Below, in pieces: positions 42,587-50,910 of a DNA stretch of 54,740 nucleotides. Below the pieces are notes generated by a model, which saw nothing but the letters and a program-made list of their open reading frames with translations, searched no databases and had not been told where the DNA came from. The DNA lies in assembly GCA_018715145.1 (NCBI GenBank), contig DVMD01000095.1, positions 1-54,740 of the forward strand, in the 5' to 3' direction. Every line of letters starts with the position of its first letter. The first letter of the stretch is position 1. Origin of the DNA: Candidatus Onthocola stercorigallinarum (GTDB taxonomy: Bacteria; Bacillota_I; Bacilli_A; RF39; UBA660). The position numbers were made by a program, and so were the translations under genes.

Positions 42587-42935
42587 CGATCTTGGAATGC
42601 TTATGGTTGGTAATGTTGTTGTAAATAGAGTTTTGGCAGATTGTCTAACTTTTAAAAATATTGATAGTGTCTATGATGCCATTTATCAACCAAATCAATT
42701 TGTAGGAACTAATTCTTCATTATTTAATGCATCTCCAACAACTACAGAAAGAAGGCTAGCTGAACGAATTTTAAGAGGAGAATATTATTATCCTGCAACA
42801 AATGCTTTATGGTTTTATGCCCCATCTGGTAACAGTAGTTGCAAAACAACATGGTATGATCAAGTTCTCGCAGGTAGATATAAAAGTCATTGTTTTTATA
42901 ATCCCGATCCAGGAGTATGTCAAAAAATACATTAA
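42587..42935 (+). pseudogene. cwlJ: 3' fragment of the cwlJ/sleB-type spore cortex-lytic hydrolase gene
   Basis: The in-frame sequence (G)DLGMLMVGNVVVNRVLADCLTFKNIDSVYDAIYQPNQFVGT...ALWFYAP...YYNPDPG follows the Hydrolase_2 catalytic-domain pattern (VG.VV.NRV ... IYQP.QF). It has no RBS or start codon of its own at the junction. Confidence 0.8.
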
Positions 42936-42987
42936 ACTTTTAATTTTTAAATATTTGGGGTATAATAATACAGAAAGGATTATTAAT

Positions 42988-43569
42988 ATGCTAAATATTT
43001 ATATTTTATTATTTTTTATATATTCTTTTGTTGGTTGGATATTAGAAGAAATATATGCTTTTTATATTCACAAAAAATTTATCAATAGAGGATTTTTAAT
43101 GGGCCCATTATGTCCTTTATATGGAGTAGGTTGTCTTGCTTTAACTTTTGTTTTGCATAGATTTAGTAATAATATACTTTTATTATTTATTTTATCTATG
43201 CTTATTTGTTCTGTAATTGAATATTTAATTAGTTATTTACTTGAAAAATTATTTAGTTTAAGATGGTGGGATTATTCTAATATGAAATTTAATATTAATG
43301 GCCGAATATGTTTAGAAACAACTATTCTTTTTGGCATTATTGGTATTTTAGTTGTTAAATTTATTAATCCCTTTTTAATTAATATACTTACAAATATAAA
43401 TATAAAAACAGTAAATATAATAACTTTAATATTAGTTATTATATTTACTGCTGATCTAATAATATCTTCTTATTTAACTTTAAACATTAAAGATAAAAAT
43501 CCTAAAGTTGATGCAACAGAATATATTAAAAAGTATATTCATGAAAATATAAAGAATATATTTTCATGA
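42988..43569 (+). CDS. Polytopic membrane protein (putative ABC-transporter type IV / CmpB-like family)
   Basis: The start is moved to the ATG at 42988, because the track start at 42802 overlaps the cwlJ fragment. FFIYSFVGWILEEIY ... GFLMGPLCPLYGVG ... RWWDYS is characteristic of this family. Confidence 0.55.
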   Translation: MLNIYILLFFIYSFVGWILEEIYAFYIHKKFINRGFLMGPLCPLYGVGCLALTFVLHRFSNNILLLFILSMLICSVIEYLISYLLEKLFSLRWWDYSNMKFNINGRICLETTILFGIIGILVVKFINPFLINILTNINIKTVNIITLILVIIFTADLIISSYLTLNIKDKNPKVDATEYIKKYIHENIKNIFS

Positions 43570-43674
43570 AATATTTTTTTAGATCTATTTATCACAATGT
43601 TTAGTTATTTCATATATTTTTATCTTTTTTATAACACAGAGATTTCAGTACAATTATCTGCAGAATTTAAACGC

Positions 43675-43698
43675 AAAAAACTATAGCCTAAGCTATAG
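43675..43698 (-). terminator. Intrinsic terminator downstream of the VirD4-like gene
   Basis: The minus-strand RNA reads CUAUAGC-UUAG-GCUAUAG-UUUUUU. Confidence 0.6.
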
Positions 43699-43700
43699 CA

Positions 43701-45023
43701 TTATTCACTATATATTTTTGTTTCATGGGTCTTTCTTAGAGGTAAATTAACTTTATTATATTCACCCCAATTATATTTATAATCTGGATATAATTTAGTT
43801 CTAATTGGATATTCTCTAGGCATTAATATTAATGCTTCAAAATGATTTAATACTTTTAATTCTTCAACTGTAATTAATGGTTGTATTTTTTTATCAGCTA
43901 AAGTATTACCACAAATTTTAGATATTTCTGTTAAAGTATCATAATCATTAGAAAGTAAATAAATTGTATTTGTAAAACACATTCTAAGTATTTCTGAATT
44001 TTCTTTACCATAAGTATTTTCTAGATCTTTAAAACTTCTGATAATAGCAGTAATACATACCTTATTTCTTCTAATGTTATTTATCAATTTAGAAAAATCT
44101 TTAATAGGAAGTAAATTATCAAAATCATCTAATAAAATATTTAATCTCTTTTTATTATTATCTTCAATTGAATCAATTATTTGATTAATAAATAGAGGAA
44201 TTATATCATTATAGTTTGATGTATTACCACTTAAAATAAAGATTGCTGTTTTTTCTTTTTGAATATCTCTTAAATCAAAATCACTATAATTTAACATATT
44301 AGCTAAATTAACTCTAGTTATATATTTATGCATTCTTAAATTAAATGTAGCAATTATTCCCCCTTTTGTTTCTGCTGGGGCTTTTAAAATAGCTGATAAA
44401 TAATAACTAATAGTTGCTTTGTCTTTTATTTTATCAATAAACTTATCATCTATTTTATTAGCTAAATTATAAATGCTTTCTAAGTTTATTTCATCAGATT
44501 TAGCATTTTCAAATAAATACAAAGCTAAACCAACAAAATAATCTATTGCAGAATTATTCCAAAAACTACTAGCTTCATCACTATCACTAAACAAGTAGTA
44601 TGCGATATTTTCAAGTTCTGTAATAACTTCATCCAAATTATTATTCTTATATAAACTATATGGTAATGTTAAAGGATTCCAATTATTACCATATTTTGCT
44701 TCTTTAAAATCAATAGCAATAACTTTATAACCATTATCATCTAGCATACCACTTAAAGCATTATAAGCTTCCCCACTAATATCATGAATTACAAATGATT
44801 CTCCAGCTTTAATAGAAAGTCTAGCCATTGGTAATATAACCGTTTGACTTTTACCAGAGCCAGTTGAACCAATTACTAAATTATGGCCATCATGCGTATT
44901 AATATAAAAATTATTATTATCATATATCATAGGAAAACCTGATTCATCTAACACCTCCGTTCCATCATAGTTAACTAATTTTTCTTTGAACTTATTATTA
45001 TTTGTCCAATGTGCATATTGCAT
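43701..45023 (-). CDS. VirD4/TraG-family type IV coupling-protein-like ATPase lacking the N-terminal TM region (orphan)
   Basis: 440 aa with Walker A (VIGSTGSGKSQTVILP) and Walker B-like (LNILLDDFDNL) motifs. It has no N-terminal hydrophobic segment and no neighbouring T4SS genes. Confidence 0.65.
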   Translation of the reverse strand: MQYAHWTNNNKFKEKLVNYDGTEVLDESGFPMIYDNNNFYINTHDGHNLVIGSTGSGKSQTVILPMARLSIKAGESFVIHDISGEAYNALSGMLDDNGYKVIAIDFKEAKYGNNWNPLTLPYSLYKNNNLDEVITELENIAYYLFSDSDEASSFWNNSAIDYFVGLALYLFENAKSDEINLESIYNLANKIDDKFIDKIKDKATISYYLSAILKAPAETKGGIIATFNLRMHKYITRVNLANMLNYSDFDLRDIQKEKTAIFILSGNTSNYNDIIPLFINQIIDSIEDNNKKRLNILLDDFDNLLPIKDFSKLINNIRRNKVCITAIIRSFKDLENTYGKENSEILRMCFTNTIYLLSNDYDTLTEISKICGNTLADKKIQPLITVEELKVLNHFEALILMPREYPIRTKLYPDYKYNWGEYNKVNLPLRKTHETKIYSE

Positions 45024-45105
45024 TTTTTCTCACCTCGCATATATTAAATCACATATTTTATATTATCTTTTAAACAATAGTGGCTTTTTATGATATAATG
45101 TACTT

Positions 45106-45561
45106 ATGAAAGAAGTAATATATAAAATATTAAAATTTATAGATTCTAATATTAATCAAAAAATAGATATAGATCATTTATCTAAACATTTTTATATTAA
45201 TAGATATTATTTAATGAAACTATTTAAAAGAGAAATGGGTTTAACTATTAATAACTATATTAATAGTCTAAGAATATATAATAGTCTAAAAGATATTAAA
45301 GATAAAAGCATTTTAAATGTTGCTTTAAAAAACGGATTTTATTCTCAAGAATATTATTCTGAGACATTTAAAAAGATTATGGGTGTTAAACCAATTACTT
45401 ATAAAAAGTATATTAATTATGATAGATCTGTATCCTATAAAGAAATAGATATAATATTAAATAGTTTAATTAATTTAAAAGATATAGTAAATAAAAAAGA
45501 AAATTATTTACATAACTTTCTTTCTCAAGATCATGAACAAGTATTATCTATATTTAGATAA
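45106..45561 (+). CDS. AraC-family HTH transcriptional regulator (DNA-binding domain only)
   Basis: IDHLSKHFYINRYYLMKLFKREMGLTINNYINSLRI ... VALKNGFYSQEYYSETFKKIMGVKPITYKK gives two HTH units. Confidence 0.75.
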   Translation: MKEVIYKILKFIDSNINQKIDIDHLSKHFYINRYYLMKLFKREMGLTINNYINSLRIYNSLKDIKDKSILNVALKNGFYSQEYYSETFKKIMGVKPITYKKYINYDRSVSYKEIDIILNSLINLKDIVNKKENYLHNFLSQDHEQVLSIFR

Positions 45562-45562
45562 A

Positions 45563-46912
45563 TTAAGGCAATAATAATTTTTGACCTATTGATAATGTAG
45601 TTGTTGATAGATTATTTAATTTAGTAATTGCTGATACGGTGGTACCAAATTCTTCTGCTATACCATATAAGGTATCTCCTGATTTTACGGTATAAACTAC
45701 ATTATCACTACTGCTACTTGGTATTTTTAGAGTCTGACCAATACTTAAAGTATTACTCGTTAAATTATTTAACGATTTTAAAGCATCAACTGTAGTATTA
45801 TATTTATTAGCTATTGCATATAATGTATCTCCTGCTTTTACAGTATAAGTATTAGTACTTGTACTATTACTACCTGGTAATTTTAAAACTTGACCTATTG
45901 ATAATGTATTACTTGTTAAATTATTTAGTGATTTTAATGTATCAACTGTTGTGTTATATTTATTAGCTATTCCATAAAGGGTATCTCCTGATTTTACAGT
46001 ATAGGTATTAGTACTAGCTGTAGTACTTGGTAATTTTAAAACTTGACCAATAGACAAGGAATCAGTGGTTAAATTGTTGATAGATTTCAAGTTATCAACA
46101 GTTGTATTAAATTTATTGGCTATACCATATAATGTATCACCTTTTTGAACTATATATTCATCAGTAGTAGTCTCAGATTCTTTAGTTGGAATAAGTAAAT
46201 TTTGACCAATACTTAGTAAATTACTTGTTAAATTATTAGCTTGTTTTAATTCATCCACTGTAATACCGTACTTTTTAGAAATACTCCATAGGGAATCTCC
46301 ACTTTTAACTGTATAGTAATTAGAACCAGTCGGAGCAATATAAGTACCACCAGCATATTCCACAATTGCTTTAGTTACCGCTTCAGCGAGGTCTTCCCAA
46401 TTATTTTTAATTTGAGAAACATCATCTCCAGTAGAATCTGCAAAGCCATATTCAACAATTACTGTTTCGTTATTGGGGGTATCACGCATTATGTAATAAT
46501 AATCTTTCGCGGGATTGCTAGGCAATCTTCTTTGATAATACTTTCTCACATTTTGGCCAGCGGTTTCTAACTCTTTAGCTATTTTAGCTGAAAATGTATC
46601 ATCATTGCGAAGGGCATAAATAACCTCAGCACCATCACCACCCCCAGCATTAATGTGATTAGATACAACTATTACATCTTCGCCATTACCATAAAAACTT
46701 TGAATACGCCCAGGCCTTGAATTACTATCAAGTGTTTCATCACTAGTCCTAGACATTTCATTAGGCATTCCTAACTCATCTAATCTGTTATGAATATAAT
46801 CACTAATTTTTAAAGTATATTCTTTTTCAGTTATTCCATTTGCAATAGTCCCAGGATCATCCCCACCATGTCCAGCATCAATTACCACCTTTTTTAAAGC
46901 TCTATTATCCAT
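45563..46912 (-). CDS. N-acetylmuramoyl-L-alanine amidase (Amidase_3) with five LysM repeats
   Basis: The N-terminus KVVIDAGHGGDDPG is followed by 5 copies of YTVKSGDTLYGIANKYNTTVD.LKSLNNLTS..LSIGQ.LK.P. The start is moved to the ATG at 46912 (AGGTGA RBS). Confidence 0.85.
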   Translation of the reverse strand: MDNRALKKVVIDAGHGGDDPGTIANGITEKEYTLKISDYIHNRLDELGMPNEMSRTSDETLDSNSRPGRIQSFYGNGEDVIVVSNHINAGGGDGAEVIYALRNDDTFSAKIAKELETAGQNVRKYYQRRLPSNPAKDYYYIMRDTPNNETVIVEYGFADSTGDDVSQIKNNWEDLAEAVTKAIVEYAGGTYIAPTGSNYYTVKSGDSLWSISKKYGITVDELKQANNLTSNLLSIGQNLLIPTKESETTTDEYIVQKGDTLYGIANKFNTTVDNLKSINNLTTDSLSIGQVLKLPSTTASTNTYTVKSGDTLYGIANKYNTTVDTLKSLNNLTSNTLSIGQVLKLPGSNSTSTNTYTVKAGDTLYAIANKYNTTVDALKSLNNLTSNTLSIGQTLKIPSSSSDNVVYTVKSGDTLYGIAEEFGTTVSAITKLNNLSTTTLSIGQKLLLP

Positions 46913-47021
46913 GTATATCACCTAGAATATTATATGAATATTTTAAATATTGGTTATATCGTGGTTTAATTACAATTCAAAAACATCTAACAATAATCAT
47001 CAATAAAAAAGTTTTACTAAA

Positions 47022-47501
47022 TCAAACTTCTATTGGTTTATAATCTATTACTTCTACTGAAACACATTTATGTAACTCTTTACTAAATCCCTCATCTTCT
47101 AATGGTTTATTATGAATATGTCCATGAACATTAATAAAACCAACAGGTATATCTCTATCAGGAATAGGCCGATGAGATAAAATTATCTTTTTATCTTCAA
47201 TTAAAGTTCTAGTTGGAATAACTTCCAAGCCATGAGTATTGTAATAATTAATAGATTTACCATCATGATTACCACGAATTAAATATATTTTGCCATTCAA
47301 TTTACTAACTAAATTAGTAATATCACTATTTTTAAAAGCAAAATCTCCAAGATGATAAACTATATCATTTTCGTTTACTACACTGTTCCAATACTTTATT
47401 AATTCTTCATTCATTTCTTCTACATTACTAAAGGGACGATTACAATACTTTATAATATTGGTATGACCAAAATGAGTATCAGCAATAAAATATGTTTTCA
47501 T
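47022..47501 (-). CDS. Calcineurin-like metallophosphoesterase
   Basis: Motifs IADTHFGH, HLGDF, RGNHDG and VHGHIH are present in canonical order. Confidence 0.8.
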   Translation of the reverse strand: MKTYFIADTHFGHTNIIKYCNRPFSNVEEMNEELIKYWNSVVNENDIVYHLGDFAFKNSDITNLVSKLNGKIYLIRGNHDGKSINYYNTHGLEVIPTRTLIEDKKIILSHRPIPDRDIPVGFINVHGHIHNKPLEDEGFSKELHKCVSVEVIDYKPIEV

Positions 47502-47560
47502 TATTCCTCCAGTTTACTATCACCCATAGCATAATCAATAGTAATCCCAGGGCGTACATT
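47501..47560 (-). pseudogene. Relic of the 3' end of a nuclease gene paralogous to 50095-50826
   Basis: 47499-47560 matches 50093-50154 at 52 of 62 nt. It encodes NVRPGITIDYAMGDSKLEE*, compared with NVQPGIIIDYETGDSKLEE* in the intact gene. Both share the same TAATG junction with the downstream gene. The frame is closed upstream of 47560. Confidence 0.7.
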
Positions 47561-47589
47561 TTTTAATTAAAAAACTATATTTAAAAAAC

Positions 47590-49434
47590 TTATATTTTTC
47601 TTACAGAATCATACACAATTGCTATTTTTTCAAACACACTATCCGTTTCATCAATTAATATTTTTTTTACTTTGTCTATATTTTTAATAAAGTTAAATAA
47701 CGAATATGTATTTTTTTCTGAATCTCTATACACATCTATATAATCAATATAAAAAGAAATGGTGTCATTTACAATATCATACAAAAAACCAGTTGTTGTT
47801 TCCATTTGTAAATTTTTATTTCCATGAAATTGCTTATTTCTTAGATAATAAGCATCCATTAATAATTCTTTTGCCTCTTTATGAAACATTTGAAAATACA
47901 CCTCATATTGAAGTACCATATTCTTTACTCGACAATATTTCCATGTCAAGAAATCACAATTATCAGGATTTCTCCCATCAAAATTCAAAAAAATATTCTC
48001 TACGAAATTATTACTCAATTTATTAAAACCTTTATACATTTTCTTAATTTGTACCGCTGTTAAATATATATATCCCGATAACATTCTATCCGCCACCAAA
48101 TAACTAGCATAATCTTCAAAAGACTTAGAAATATTATCTCCAGCATTTCTAAACAAAGTCTCCAAAGCAAACCATGTATTTGTAAATTTAGTTAATGTCG
48201 ATTCAGAATTTTTGTAGTATGGCAATAATTGTACAGCTTCATCTATAATTCTATTTATATCACTATCACTATTGTCTATAACATATCTTTTAAACACATC
48301 AGAATAATCAATTCTATCTTGCGTTAATGGTTTAAAAACATCATCATAAAAATTATAATAATTTATAAAATTTTTGTGTTCTTTGTTCTCTATTAAAAGA
48401 TAATCGCCTATAGTATTTACTTTTATTCCAGAATAAAGCATTGAACCAATAAATGGCTGAAGTACTTTCTGCTTAAATTTGCGAATTGCTTGCCAAATGT
48501 CTTTACTATATATTTCAGATGATAAATAATAATTATTATCTCTTTTAATTTTAATATCACTAATTATTTCTGATAAGTGTTTTTTATTATTAATCATAGA
48601 TTCTTCCAAAAATTTAATCAATCCGGACTTGCTATATATAATATAATTATTATTCCCAGATTGTTTTAATACACTTAATAATTTTTCATCAAATTCTTTA
48701 TCCATTTTTATAAAAATTATATATTTATTTTCAGAATCATATTGCTCTGCAAATTTAATAAACATATCACTAAAAGAAGAAAATGATTTCTTTTCAAAAA
48801 AATTTCTATATGCATCACGCACAATTTTTTTTATTTCAAAAATACTTATCCCTATATAATCTATAAGTAATGCGAAATACTCATTAGATAATTCAGCTAT
48901 TTCATCAAAATTATCATAATTAAATTCTTCACTTACTACTAAATCAAACAAACTATCTGATATATTGTCAAAATATTTATTATCAATTAAACTTATATAA
49001 ATCAATTTCAAGTTTTCTATTAAGTTTAAGTCATCATTTTCATTAATAAACTGAATATATCTTTTTTTGTGATCAGCTTTTATAAATTTATTGTTTTTTA
49101 TTGCATCTCTTATATAATCAATTTTATGCTTAGGAATTTTAGCTATTTTTTCTTTAGCCTCAAATTGCTTGTTTATATCTTCATAATAGCTTATTATTTT
49201 CTTTATTTTTCCTAACAGTGAATTATTTAAATTTCTACTTCCAAGCATAGAAATACTACTTAAATTTTCTATAATATAATTTAAAAAAAACATCATATTT
49301 CTATTTTTTAAGCCAATTCTATTAAAATCATCATTACTAACAATATTTTTGCTTGAAAAAAGTAGCTGTTTAATAAACTTTTCTTCGTCATCTAAAACCC
49401 TACTATATAATAATAATTTTTCTGTTACCTTCAT
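47590..49434 (-). CDS. Large orphan protein with a C-terminal HEPN-like Rx4H motif (candidate defence/abortive-infection nuclease)
   Basis: 614 aa, extremely AT-rich. WFALETLF ... YYLRNKQFHG places the R-N-K-Q-F-H motif at nt 47824-47841. No other recognisable domains were found. Confidence 0.4.
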   Translation of the reverse strand: MKVTEKLLLYSRVLDDEEKFIKQLLFSSKNIVSNDDFNRIGLKNRNMMFFLNYIIENLSSISMLGSRNLNNSLLGKIKKIISYYEDINKQFEAKEKIAKIPKHKIDYIRDAIKNNKFIKADHKKRYIQFINENDDLNLIENLKLIYISLIDNKYFDNISDSLFDLVVSEEFNYDNFDEIAELSNEYFALLIDYIGISIFEIKKIVRDAYRNFFEKKSFSSFSDMFIKFAEQYDSENKYIIFIKMDKEFDEKLLSVLKQSGNNNYIIYSKSGLIKFLEESMINNKKHLSEIISDIKIKRDNNYYLSSEIYSKDIWQAIRKFKQKVLQPFIGSMLYSGIKVNTIGDYLLIENKEHKNFINYYNFYDDVFKPLTQDRIDYSDVFKRYVIDNSDSDINRIIDEAVQLLPYYKNSESTLTKFTNTWFALETLFRNAGDNISKSFEDYASYLVADRMLSGYIYLTAVQIKKMYKGFNKLSNNFVENIFLNFDGRNPDNCDFLTWKYCRVKNMVLQYEVYFQMFHKEAKELLMDAYYLRNKQFHGNKNLQMETTTGFLYDIVNDTISFYIDYIDVYRDSEKNTYSLFNFIKNIDKVKKILIDETDSVFEKIAIVYDSVRKI

Positions 49435-49615
49435 ACTACCATCCTTAAATATAAAATAATATTATTTAATACTATTATACCATAAAAAAATTATTATTAC
49501 ATATTTTTATTAATGTTTAAGAATAACTAGAAACATTATTTCTAGCATTAGTGAATAACTAATTTCTAAAGTTCCCTCATCTATCTAATTCACCTACAAT
49601 ATCATTTTATCATAT

Positions 49616-50095
49616 TTATTCATTTGCAATATATTTCAAATAAATATTTCTTACTCCTCTTTTAAATTCCTTATTCCTTTTTAACTCAAATCCATCTAAC
49701 AATAAATTTTTGATTGAATACTTATTATCTGGATGCACAGTGCATATTGCATATTTATATCCTAACTTCAATGAATATTCATCAAGTTCTTTAAGCATTT
49801 GATATTGTAATTGATTTCCAATATATTTCGGATTTACAAACATAGGGCCATAATCAGCTACATCTCTATATTTTATTTTTATACTCAAATCAAAACTATT
49901 TAAAGCATTTTCATCACATGGTATTAACATCATTGAGCAAACTGGCTCATCAGCATCATAATAAATCCAATCTTCTTTTGAAAAATCTCCTAGCCAATCA
50001 GGATGTTCCATATTATCTTTTACTTGTTTTCTAAATTCAATATATTCATCTAAATTTATATTATCACTATTACATTTTAATTCATTTAATCTCAT
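49616..50095 (-). CDS. GNAT-family acetyltransferase (tentative)
   Basis: 159 aa. Its size and beta-alpha pattern fit, and there is an acetyl-CoA-site-like segment (FVNPKYIGNQLQYQMLKEL). Its start overlaps the nuclease stop (TAATG). Confidence 0.4.
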   Translation of the reverse strand: MRLNELKCNSDNINLDEYIEFRKQVKDNMEHPDWLGDFSKEDWIYYDADEPVCSMMLIPCDENALNSFDLSIKIKYRDVADYGPMFVNPKYIGNQLQYQMLKELDEYSLKLGYKYAICTVHPDNKYSIKNLLLDGFELKRNKEFKRGVRNIYLKYIANE

Positions 50096-50826
50096 TATTC
50101 CTCCAATTTACTATCTCCAGTTTCATAATCAATAATAATTCCAGGTTGTACATTATAAACAAATACATTAAATGATATTCCTTCACCATTATCTTCAATA
50201 GAATATGCTTCCATTTCAACACCAGTTGCAACTAAGTTATCCCCTTCAAAGTATGGAGTAACTTTATATAACACATGATTGCCGGTTTCCTCAATATATG
50301 CCGCAACTTCATTTTCAAATTGAAGCATAGTTGTTGCATTCATATATCTTGTACAAGTAATTAAATTTTCCGCATTAGCATTTTCTCCAGTTAATTGATA
50401 ACCTATTAAATGACAACGATTATATAAGTATTTTCCACTCACAATATCATATCTAACCGTATGCCAACCACTAGGTTCTATACTACCAATACTGCCTCTT
50501 TCTTCTGTGGGCATAGTATCCTTACTAACACTTGCAAAAGCTACACCACATCTACCTAAATTATCTAAAGGACTATAATATTCAAATGATTCTAATGCTT
50601 TTTCTTCATCAGAAAAATTTGGAACATTATCATTTATATAAACATAAGCTTCTCCACTATATTCAGAAATGTTTTCTAAATTAGTATAATTTTCTTTAAC
50701 TTCATTTTCTTCTATTAATGTAACATATTCTTCATGAACATAATAAATAAAATATCCCAGCAAAAAACAAAAGACAACACCTAATAATTTATTTAAATTT
50801 TTCTTTCTTTTTCTTCTTCTAGCCAT
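50095..50826 (-). CDS. Membrane-anchored DNA/RNA non-specific endonuclease (DNA-entry nuclease / EndA-NucA type)
   Basis: It has an N-terminal anchor (LLGVVFCFLLGYFIYYV). PLDNLGRCGVAFA ... WHTVRYD ... YNRCHLIGYQLTGENANAENL matches the family pattern. Confidence 0.7.
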   Translation of the reverse strand: MARRRKRKKNLNKLLGVVFCFLLGYFIYYVHEEYVTLIEENEVKENYTNLENISEYSGEAYVYINDNVPNFSDEEKALESFEYYSPLDNLGRCGVAFASVSKDTMPTEERGSIGSIEPSGWHTVRYDIVSGKYLYNRCHLIGYQLTGENANAENLITCTRYMNATTMLQFENEVAAYIEETGNHVLYKVTPYFEGDNLVATGVEMEAYSIEDNGEGISFNVFVYNVQPGIIIDYETGDSKLEE

Positions 50827-50910
50827 AATACTACCCCTTTCATTATATCAAATTTGACTAAAATAAACAATTATGTTAAAATATTATTCAATCTGAAAGG
50901 GGGAAAACTT

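Noticed and set aside
42802-42987. The long N-terminal extension of the membrane protein ORF (track start 42802)
   Set aside because: It overlaps the cwlJ 3' fragment in another frame. The family-typical sequence and an RBS begin at the ATG at 42988.
47022-47501. The metallophosphoesterase as the prophage's recombination directionality factor (by analogy with Bxb1 gp47)
   Set aside because: It lies about 4.4 kb outside attR in host DNA, in a separate locus, so it is not part of the element.
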